The translations under genes were made by a program, and so were the position numbers. Shown here in pieces: positions 1 through 10,924 of a stretch of 64,000 nt of DNA. The number at the start of each line of letters is the position of its first letter. The first letter of the stretch is position 1. This DNA is from Lepidodermella squamata. Its lineage: Eukaryota > Animalia > Gastrotricha. The stretch covers positions 372,001-436,000 of the forward strand of contig JBLDXI010000024.1 in the NCBI GenBank assembly GCA_047495785.1. The letters are read 5' to 3'. A model generated the notes under the pieces. The model saw only the letters and a program-made list of their open reading frames with translations. It ran no database searches and was not told where the DNA came from.

Positions 1-35
1 GCTTCAAAATTTGTTATATATTTGATCGATTTCAG

Positions 36-186
36 CCACTGGTCACTGCGGCGAAACCATCCGATGTTCGATTCTATAATTCGCACCGGGAAACTGCCGG
101 AGAATCCTGGCGAGCGGTTAACTTACGATTGGACCCCATTTATGGGTCGGTGTACAGTATGCGCTATCAAATCGGCTGCAATTTAG
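36..186 (+). CDS. Probable last coding exon of a gene starting left of the window; resembles the C-terminus of a collagen IV NC1 (C4) domain
   Basis: Acceptor TTTCAG at 30-35, then phase-2 frame HWSLRRNHPMFDSIIRTGKLPENPGERLTYDWTPFMGRCTVCAIKSAAI* (TAG 184-186). The xW..MF..GRCTVC pattern matches the NC1 end (SFWL..EMF..SRCQVC). A second frame is also open to 207, so the frame is not certain. Confidence 0.45.
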
Positions 187-790
187 ATGGGTGTGTCGCG
201 TCTTAGGAATGATTTCATGCATATCGCCTGTTTTTTGCTACAAATTGTATGTACCTCTCTGTCGTTGTTTTTTTTTGTCACTTCCGTCGAGTTTCCACAT
301 ATAGGCCCAGTAAATTTACACTCAAATAAAAGTAACCAACATTTATCAAAATTCTCATCCGATTTATTCAACGACCGAGATGTCAAGCAGTAGAAAATTG
401 GCAGGTTCCAAATCATTACCGATGTTGTCGATAATGTCAACTTTCGAATATTATATTCACATGCGAAACTCAAAAAACGAGAATAGTAATGTAAATTATC
501 AATATTTATTATATCGATGTGCTGCCGAGCAAGAGAGAGATAGGTAGAGAGAGACACGGGGATGGCATCGACAAGAATTACAAATGTAAATAAAACAGGA
601 TTACGCACCGTTTCCTAGAAGAGAAACCGATAATACTTACAGGGCAGAAGAATTCGAGAAGGAAGATTGGCGCATAACAACAATTCAACAATTTATAGTA
701 GCAAAGCGAACACACATATTACGCGGGTCAATTTTGTGACTTGATTTTTTGTCCAATAAAACGAATTATAGGTATATAAACAACCATATT

Positions 791-3250
791 TCAGCTAACA
801 TTAGTTGTAGCAGCGATAGCCTGGTTGCCACCTGTTGCCGATGAATTGCCAGTCGCGCTCGACGACGCATTAGCCCCAGACGCGTTGTCCTGGTTGCGAC
901 GCCGGCGACAGAAGCGTTTGTGTTCGTGGTACCAGTGTTCCTGTTGGCAATGCTGGCTGCAATACGCCGTGTTCCAGCAGCACGGGAAAAACGCTTCTTG
1001 GGAGCAATTGACGCACCACTGCTTCTTCTTGACCGCCGCAATCTCTTCAACCTGCTGCCGCTGTAATTTAGCGGTTTCTTCCGCCATTCTCCGCTCAGCC
1101 GTTGCCTGGTCGTTCCGCCTCTCGGCATCGAACTTCTCCTGCATTTGCTTCATTTTACTCTCGAATTCACGCTTCACCTCAACTAGTTTCCGTTCATACG
1201 CTTCGGCACACAAACTACCAGGTGGGCAAGGACCTGTTGATTTGGGCGGTGCAAGCGGAGGAGGGGACGAATGGGCGATCGGCTCGTTTTTCCCTAAATT
1301 GTGGTTTGAGTGGCGAGTCGTTGAGGAAATCGATCGTGCGATAGGTTCGGGTTTAGTCTCCGCTTTCGAGGCTACAGGTGCGTGCGATATACTACGATTA
1401 GTCACCGGCATGATCGGCGAAAGACTTGCGGGAGGTGCCACAACAACTGGGTCAGGTTTTGAGCGAATTTGAGGTGAATGATGCTTTTTTGAAGGCGGTG
1501 CTTCGGCGGCAGAGGAAGGCAGACTTGAACGCTGAGATGATCGAGTCGGCTTTTCATCGCCGTTTTGCGGCTGTTTCGAAGGTTTCACAGCAGTAGCAGG
1601 CTTTTCGGGTAATACAACAGGCTTCTCTGATTCAGCTGGTTTTAATGATCTCCGAGCTGAGGAACTAGTTTTTGGCATCGAGATTTCTTTTGTTAGAACA
1701 GGCAACGCGGGGCTACTAGCAATTATAGCCTCACTGACACTGGCGTCGCGAGAATCGTCGGCGGCCATCGAATTGCTGTTGGTTGGGGTCGGAGTGGATC
1801 GCACCGAAGTCGTAGAAATGCTCTTCCCACGAGCTTTTTTCGCCTTTCCATTACCGCTTGGCACCATCAACGCTGCTTTCTTCGACTTCTCTGTTTCAAT
1901 AGCCGCTCTCCAGTCGGAAACTGCCCACAACGCGTCAACAATTGGTGAAAATTTAGCCGGTCCATCGGAGAGAAATTTTTGCAGCACAGCTAACTCGTCC
2001 ATGGCTTTCGCGAATGCTGCAGTGCGTTTCGGCACGAGCTTTGAAACATCAGTTTCAATCGGTTTTAAACAGTCCGGCTCGATGAAAGCTCTTTCGTGGT
2101 TACCACCGAAATAACGCACATCAACAGTTGCCACTGCGTCGCTATCAACTTCGTCATCGTCTCGTAGTTGATTAACAGTTTGAACAACTTTAGCGGGCCA
2201 GTAGCTGTATCCTTTTTGCTTTGCGTAAACAAGGCGATGGGGAGGGGTGCACGGAATGGAAAACCAATTATCAGGCTTGGTATTTGAAAGAAGGTAGCAA
2301 GTTGGACAATTTTCGAGTTCGTCCAACTCGTAGTGAGCGTAGTTGTATAAAAGATCTGCAGTGGCGCTATACTCGCTTCCACTCGCCAGCACAAAACAGT
2401 GGAACATCGACTGTATGTCGCAGAGAAAATCCAAAGGGCTTCTAAAAAACATAATTAATGGTTACGTAAAGGATAACGTACAGGAGTATTACGTACTTGT
2501 AGGCATTTTTCGTAATTTTATCTTCGATAGTCTCAAAGCTGACGTATTTGAACATGAGAACTTTGTAGACTGCGTTGTTCATGCGATCAGGATCCAAATA
2601 GTGCTCTTTGAACCGCTCACGTAAAATGCAAATTATGAATATCAGCAACCTGAATCAAATATCGAAATAAAACCAATCTTGATAATACAAGCCATGGAAG
2701 ATTAAAACCTGTTGAGCTTTTTCAGATCGAGACCACATGGTTTGGCAGAACGTAGTTGACGGCACATGGAACAAACAAATTTTCCTTTAGTCGTGGGAGC
2801 ATCTACTGGACAACAAGCAGCATGGGAGACACGCCAACAGGATTCGCACGTAAGCACCACTCCACTGCCATGACAAGTGTGACAGAATGAGTCATGAGTA
2901 TACCGAAACTAAAGAACAGAAAAGGCTTAGCCAATAAAAAAACTATTATTCAAAGAACAAACAATTGGAGAGCTTTCAAAGCTGGGAATCGAGTAAATAT
3001 CTTTGCCATTTGATAACAGCAAACCATCTTCGAGCGCAAAACGAAGAGTGTTTTCAACATCAAGGGTTTCCAGCTAAAATGAAGAAATTATCATACAGTG
3101 AAAAATGCTTATGAATTAAATACTAACCTCTGGGCTTCTTAAAATATTGCTAGTTGAGCTTGGCTGCTGATTTTTCTGGCATTGTTGAATGCTATCATAA
3201 ATCTTCACCAGCACAGATGGATTCGATTTTATGAAAGGAGCGGAGCTCAT
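791..3250 (-). CDS. ZMYND11: ZMYND11/BS69-like chromatin reader (winged helix, PHD, bromo-like, PWWP, coiled coil, MYND); 5 coding exons
   Basis: ATG at 3250 ([23 protein letters not shown]...[10 protein letters not shown], like the SAMD1-type winged helix). PHD exon [46 protein letters not shown] and [56 protein letters not shown]. Short GT-AG introns join the frames. Confidence 0.85.
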
Positions 3251-4128
3251 TTCACTCAGTAATGCGGCTGCATAATCTTGAATAAAAATTAGGTAATGAG
3301 TTGTTCAACCTATATTTCATAATGAAAGGTACAGAAGGGAAGATTATAAAACCGTTGCATGTCATCAATGGATGGGTAAAATAATCTCTATGTAATAAGT
3401 AATACTGTATACGCGATAATTGTTAAATGAGCTACCAATAAATAAAAACGCGCTGAAATGGCGGAATATCTTTTCTTTGATAAAACTTTGCAACGGTACA
3501 AATTGCACAATTGAAATTGGTTTTTTTCATCACAGAGGGCTTCTATTTCCAACTTGAGGCTGCCGCGGGATCACTAGTGAACTCCACGCTGGCATAGATG
3601 GCTGGCATTTGACATTTCTTCGAGCACAGACCCAATAACAAGAAGGAAGAAGGACCCATCTCAGGAGTTCTGAGTCCCGGATCTCATATTTTCAGCCGCG
3701 CCAAATTTTGACTCAAATTTGTATCAGAAAATTACACTTTCCAAACAATTTTGATGACAGTCGAATAAATATTACACTAAAATGATTTCAATTTTTTTAA
3801 AAGTGGGCCGCCGCTCTTTTAAAAGCTCTTTTCGTAAGTCGAGCCAACGCACGGCAACAAATAACTTCTCTGTCAATCGATCAATATACCCAAGCTCTGT
3901 GATCAGGGCATTGTTTCCACCTTTCCTACTAATAGCTAAGTATTCTCAAACTCACCTGAACTTTTCAGAGAAAGTAGTTTTGCTGAGCTTCACGATATAT
4001 TTAGTAGCGCATCTGTTCCTGATAGTCTGTTCGTTGAATCTTTTTCTCTTTCACTGATTACTTGTCGTGAGTTTCACCTTGAATATTTCATGCGCATTGT
4101 ATGCTATTAGATAGTTTTGAGACAGATA
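3251..4128. promoter_or_regulatory. Divergent (head-to-head) promoter and 5'UTR region shared by ZMYND11 and IGF2BP
   Basis: The start codons point away from each other, 878 bp apart. No specific promoter motif identified. Confidence 0.4.
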
Positions 4129-6821
4129 ATGCAAGGTGAAAGCTCCACCTCCAACTCTCGGCGCCGCAGCAACCGGTTCAATCTACGAAATCTCCCAGAT
4201 TCTTATACTCAAGAAGATATCGCAACGTTTCTGGCTCCTTTCGGTAAACATACCAAGTTGGAAATTCACACCGCCGCTGATAAAGCAATCACCGTCGAGC
4301 TACATTACGAAACCCCGGAGGAAGCTACAGAAGCAGCTTCTAAACTATCTAAAGAGCAAGTCGATGGCAAAGCCTTGAAGGTTGACTTTGTTGGTGCTGG
4401 TGGCCGCTCAGGTGGTCGGAATCGTCAAGATAACTCAACTCGCATGCATAACAGCCTTGGTGGCCATGGGTCTCAGCAAGCATCGGCTAATCGCGCTGCC
4501 AATAACAATGACTTCCCGTTGCGCATTCTCGTTCCCACTGAAGTTGTTGGTGCTATCATCGGTCGCAAGGGCGAAACTATCAAGCAAATCACCCAAACTA
4601 GTCACGCCCGGATCGATATTCATGGCCGTGAAAACACAGGTCAAACTCCTGAAAAGGCCATTACTATCTACGGAACCCCTGAAAATTGCACTGCGGCCTG
4701 CAAGGAAATTTTGAAAATCATCGAACAAGAAATGAAGAATGAAGGAGCGAAGTAATTAACACCTGATTTAATTGATTGTTTCTATTATTATATTGATTTC
4801 ATGTTTCAGCGCTGATTTGGTTTTGAAGATCCTCGCTTACAATCAATTATGTGGACGTTTGATCGGCAAAGGTGGTGTAGTTATCAAGCAAATAATGTCG
4901 GAAACGAATACGAAAATAACCGTTTCTCGGCAAGAATGGTTCGCACCTGGAAACGTGACGTAAGTTCTCTGACGTCAAACTGAGCTGAGTTTCATATTTC
5001 AAATCATGTTTCGTTTCAGAGCGACTGATAGAGTTATCACTGTCAAGGGTGATCTGGACAACATGGCTCAGGCTGAATCGAAGATCTCCGAGCGTCTTCG
5101 TGCATGTTTCGAGAATGACTCTCAAGCTCAAGCACCTATGGCGCCCAATCCTGCGTTGAATATGTTTGCCCCTCCATTTAATCTTGCTCACGCCTCAGGC
5201 GGCCCTGGCGGCTCTCTGTCAGCATCATTCCCTCCGAATTATGCTGCTGCACCCGGTAATATGCAGCGCTTTCCTCAATTTCAAATGGCTCAGCCAATGC
5301 AGCAGCCTCCCAGTTGGTATTCGCAACCTCCTGGACCATGGGCCGGTGCTAATAACTTCCAGCCTCAGGCTGCTGTGAACTCGAACGCCATGCAGAATGC
5401 ATCCATGGTTATGGGCAGCGGTGGTCCGCCACCGAGCGCCGTCAACCAAATGGGTAGCCAGGCAGGCGCCAATGGCAATGCTGGCCCTGCCCAAAACGGA
5501 TCTGCCTCTGGCTGGCCGCCATCTGAAGTTGTAAATCTGTATATTCCCAACCTGGCTGTCGGTGCTATTATTGGCCAAAAGGGATCCTACATTCGTAAGA
5601 TTATCCAGTTGAGCAAAGCCTCAATCAAGGTAGCTCCTCTGCCGAAACAACCTGAAGAAACTGCTGCCAGCGGTGATAATGCCAACACTAACCGCGAAAG
5701 AATCGTCACTATTTCGGGCACGCCCGAGGCTCAGTGGAACGCCCAGTTCTACATTTTCGATAAGATCAAAACTGAGGGATTTTGTGGCAATGACGACCCG
5801 CGACTGATGACTGAAATTACGGTGCCCAAGTCGAAAGTAGGTCGTATCATCGGCAAAGGTGGTCGCAAGGTTCGTGAAATTCAGCAGCTAAGTGCTGCTG
5901 TTGTAAAGCTTCCGGAGCAGCCGTCGGATCAGGGTGACGACGTTAAAATTCAGATCATTGGCAATTTTTACGCCAATCAGACAGCGCAACGCTTCGTCCG
6001 CGCCCTGTGCTCGGCTAACCAGATGCCAAACGCCTCGATGCCCCTCGCTGGGCCACCTTCAGCTGGCGCCGGACCTCAAGCCGGCTCGTCGGCCTATTCG
6101 GCTGCGGGTCCGCGCAGCCAACAAGGGCTTCAGCAGAACCGAATGATGATGTCTGGTCCTCATCAACAACCAGGAGTTGTCGGTCACCTGCAGCAGCAGC
6201 AAGTCGGTTTGAACGGAACCATGCCGATGCCTCCGTCATTCGGCACCATGGTGCCCCCTGCCCTCAACCATCACTACCCGGGTGGCGCTCAACCACCGTA
6301 TGGCCCTCCGCACTACGGCCACCAGCAGCAGGTAATTTTGGTACTGAAATCAACTTAAAGTTCACTCTGTTTGAATACGTTTTTTATACCAGCATCCTGG
6401 TTCATATCAGCAACATCATGGCCAAGTTCATGCATCTCAGTACGGCCATGGTAGCGGACACCAGGCTTCGGGCCATCAATACCACCATGGTGGCAAGCAG
6501 TCTGGCGGCAACCAGGGACGAGGGAACCGCAACTACCAGAGCAATAAGGCCGGTTTAGTGGTTCCGCCGCCTGGCACCGTGCTATCGAACTCTACCTCAA
6601 AGGACAAGGAGACGAATGGTGCGACGAACGGCTCGAACCCGAACCTTGCGAACGGCAACGCTGCGACCAGCGAGAACGTGAGCAATGACGGCGAGAGCAC
6701 GAATAACGAGGCGCTGAATCACGAAAACGGCAGCAGTGGCTCGCCGACGGGCGGCGAAGAGGTCAACGACCTGCCGACTACGCCTGGCGCGGTCCCGGTG
6801 GCGATCGAGGGCAGCAACTGA
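4129..6821 (+). CDS. IGF2BP: IGF2 mRNA-binding protein / Imp (1 RRM, 4 KH, low-complexity tail); 4 coding exons
   Basis: RRM RFNLRNLPDSY..HYETPEEA..LKVDFV. KH1 FPLRILVPTEVVGAIIGRKGETIKQIT; KH2 LKILAYNQLCGRLIGKGG; KH3 LYIPNLAVGAIIGQKG; KH4 ITVPKSKVGRIIGKGG..QIIGNFYANQTAQ. Introns at about 4752-4810, 4960-5019 and 6332-6392. Confidence 0.9.
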
Positions 6822-9800
6822 AGTCCGACGGTGGCTGCTGCTCAGGATCAGACTTCTATTAGCATAGCATATGATTACAGAAAGAGAAATAAACAGTCCA
6901 ATTTTGGTTTTTGTAATTGATCATAACGCTAATTAGTTCTTGTTTTGTTACGCTTGTGAAAGAGAACGCTTGCTCAGAGAAAAAGCTGTGTTTTGTTGAG
7001 ACGTTTCTTCTCGTGTGTTGCTGTTGAAACAAGCAACTGATTGGTGTCATATTGACTACTCATCGACCGAAAATTGGCCTGACGCCGCTCGTAAAATTAT
7101 TCTTGTTTTTGATTAAAATACAAATGTATGATAGTTCTATCTATCGATGCGTTGCGCTCTATAATATTGAAGAAATACCCCGATATTGTGCATTGAGTTT
7201 GACATGAAAAAATCTGCACGTTGCGTGTAAATATACATTATGAAATAAAACTACTTCGCCTCCTTCCTAGTTCTTCTCTGTCGTTCGCTCTAATTACTGA
7301 TCCACCTGAAAAAAAGAAACTTAGCTTTACAATTGTCTCGGCTTTACGAGCTCATTTTCGCCTGCTTCTCGCAACTTGTCTCTTTTTAAACTAGTAAATT
7401 TGGAATGTAAGTCCTCGAAAAACTCTCCGGATTCATTACGTACAGCCCCAAGGCCCAGCTCAGCAATTCGCCATCATTAAAAATAATAAGCTGACTTGTC
7501 TATGCGCTACTTCTCACTCGATCATTGACGTAGAATTCGCATGAACCACCCTACAAATCTGAATGTGCCGTCAAATTATTACTATATTATTATTATTTCT
7601 GTAAATAACAACAAGTAATAATAGACCAGCGAGAAGATCGCGCGTATCGTAGGAGTGCGATCCAAATAATTTTGAGACGAATCGATCGCACGAAGAAGTC
7701 ACACACGATGAGGCACACAAGGTGCGGGGAAAAAATGAGAGTTATTTGCCGCAATTATTCCCGCATCCATCCATCTCCTGCGGACAGCTATTTTTCGGGC
7801 TATGTACTATTATTATTATTCTTATTCTTATTGCTTCTTGTCTGCGTAAACTCCTGTCCGGGGTACGAGTTCAAAATATGATGGTTGAAATGTAAGGCTT
7901 TGGTGTGCCGGTTCGTGTTCATCTGTGAGCTGATTCTGAGTGGTGATGTTTCCATCAACAATAATAATAATCTACTAATTGACTATTATAAAAGTTAATC
8001 ATTATTAGCAAATGCATATATATATTGCAAGTCCTTCTACAAATATATATCCGTATATACACGTATATAATATTTATAAATATCGATGCTGTTTATGAGA
8101 AAGATGATGACGATGACGATGATGTCTTCTTTTATGATAGTCCTCGCCGGGTCGGTGGAAAACTTCACATACACACACACCCGTGCTCGCAATGGCCACG
8201 CAATGGAGAGCTTTCATTTGTCTTTTTGCTACGTCCATTGAATGTTCTTCTCTTTTGGCATTGAATCGATTCTTTCAATGCGTTCAATGCGTCGAGTTCA
8301 TGTTAAAAATATCACGTATCAGAAGCCGCTGTTGCTGCTTCAATTTTCTTTTTTGATGATACGTTTTTTTGGAGAAAATTTTTCTAAAATATTGAAGATA
8401 AAGTATAATATGAAGATGGGTGATGAAGATGACGATGATAACGACGAAGGCGAGATGTTTCGTCGCAAAGCCAGCGTTTTTCACGATGATGACTGAAAAC
8501 TGAAAATGTTTCGAATCAGTGGCGATCTATCCGGCGGCCTGCTTAAAACAAAAGTAAAAAGATATCGAAATAGTATCCTTCACTTCAGAATCGCTAAAAT
8601 ACTTGAGGAAAGTACAGCGCATCAAACTTGATCTAGAAATGATGTTACAACTGCTATAGGGCAAGCGGTAGTAGTGATAAAGCGCTATTTCCCCGAAAGC
8701 ATCACACACATTTACTGAACTTCTCTTGCATAAATCTACTTGTGTAAATTTAAATCGGTTTACTGCTTTTATTATTTTTCCTCTGTTATTCGGTTTGAAC
8801 ACACTAGAAAACTATTCGCGACAAAAATCGACGAGACTTCATTCATTTCTCTCCATGTATAGTTTACTTAGTTCTATGTAACTGCATCTTGATGAAAAAC
8901 ACTTATTCATTATATAAAATCTGATTATAAAAAATTCGATTGTAGCGGTTAAAGATTCTTTGATTCTTGTCTGTTCATGTTTCTGTAATGATAATACGAC
9001 AACAGCCCTTGCGATAATAGATCGAAAATTTTCTTTTCTTCTTCTCGATCTTCTCCCTCCGATGTCTCTGACAAGTTGGTTAATTGTAAGTTGTAATTAC
9101 TCGCGGATTTTCTGACGTGTTTTGGGTCATCCCCTCGGTTTCTCTCTTTTGATTGTAATGGTAATTGGAATATCTACGATTTGCAAGTTTTGATTCAGAA
9201 TGGAAATCCTCCGCACCTTCGACTGTCATTTTTCGGTTTTTTTCTCGCTCGGTAATGAATAATGAAAATTTTCTCTGTTTCATAAATCGAAAAAAAACTA
9301 TCTAATTGCTTACATTTAATTCATGCCATAAATACATGTTTCTCTCTAATAATAATAATAATAATACTATCGATAATGATAAATCTATTATAAACAAAAT
9401 AATCTTTCTCTGTAACTACTTGATCTTCGCAAGTTTCGCCAACAGCATCCTCTTCGCCGCTTAATTTTGACTGACTGGTCGATTGATGTATGAATTGAAT
9501 TGGTGTACGTTGAGCAAAAATACACACATTCTCGGTGGTTCGAAAGCGATCACGCCGCTAATTTCTTGCTGTAAGTTCTGCCTACCCTGTACTAGGTCAT
9601 CTCGAATTCAAAACCGCTTGTGAACACATGATTGCGACTACACCATTTGACTGTCTTAACATCAATAAGTGAACGGGTTGAATTGAATACAATAATATCA
9701 CACACAGATTACCACAACTTCTTCAGATCGTTTCCTCTGCCTTGTCTGATGATGACTGATCACTGTGAAGCCACTCTATCGCCACATAAAAGCGCGCCTT

Positions 9801-10924
9801 GTGTGAACGTGTTTTGGCGTTGATTCGAAAAGCAGCGAAATAAAGTCCTGTCTGGCGTTAAAAACTCGGTGACTTTTTTTTGATATTTTATGGTTCCAAT
9901 TCGGTACAAAACATTGCTAACTGAAGCTGCGGTACTAGAGGTTTAAGCTGGAATTGAATGTTTTTACTTCAGTGGCGGTTGAAATGCAAAACAGGTGAAA
10001 ATTCTTCATTTCGCGATTCCTTTTATTAATTCATCATTTTTATCAATATTTCAGTAAACATTCTGATTTGAATATGAGACAACCTGAAAATATGAGTGCT
10101 ACGACACTAACACGCACTGCATGGAAGAAAACGGAATAATAATAATAACATCGTGTGTATCGAAGCACACCAAATAAGCATCAAATAATGGTATAACGTA
10201 AAAGATATGGCATTTGAAAATCAAAAAGCTGAGCCACGCGAAATTCGTGCCCTTTATTCATTTTTTCTACTAATTACGAAAAATTATTAATATTTATAGC
10301 ATTTGGTCTCATCAATTTCATTGATAATAATAATAATATTAATAATAATTAAATGTTCTTCAAGCAGTCCGCTAGAAATGGTAGTTTCATCGAATGCACC
10401 TTTTCAGTCTTACTTTACAGCTCTTCACACTACAGGATTCGATGGACGACAACAACGACAAGCAAGCTCGTGAAAATAAAACCTGCCAGGTGGCGTGTTA
10501 TGTACATGGTCATCATCACTTGTTGTAAAAAAAGAAGAGTAGTTTGGTGCAGTTTTGGCCCCGCTACCAAGGAAGAAGATCGACAGTTCGCTAGAAAAGC
10601 AGGTTATTTCTGACACAATGCGCTCTACCAAGGCACGACTTTGATTAGCGTCCCTTATATGTACGTGAGAAGAAAAATATAAAGAACAGCAGGAAACAAG
10701 GCGCAGATAATATTACAGTAGAGCAAGTGAATCATTTAATAAAAGATTTGTGATTATTGTTCCAAGCGATCATCATCTATCTCAACAGTATCAACAAGCT
10801 TTTGTTGCAAATTGTATAAAACTCTAAGCGTTTTTAATTAATTTATCAGCCACACACGCACATTCACATCACAAAGCATCGATGGGTCGTAAAAATAAGC
10901 TGAATTTTTGAGCGATTTTTACTA

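Noticed and set aside
825-2114. Plus-strand ORFs overlapping ZMYND11, and similar shadow ORFs over Par3, Nova, Epac and NDUFS1
   Set aside because: Antisense or off-frame shadows of GC-rich coding exons with no motifs of their own.
8025-8496. ORFs with poly-Asp tracts
   Set aside because: Produced by GAT/GAC simple repeats in UTR-like AT-rich DNA.
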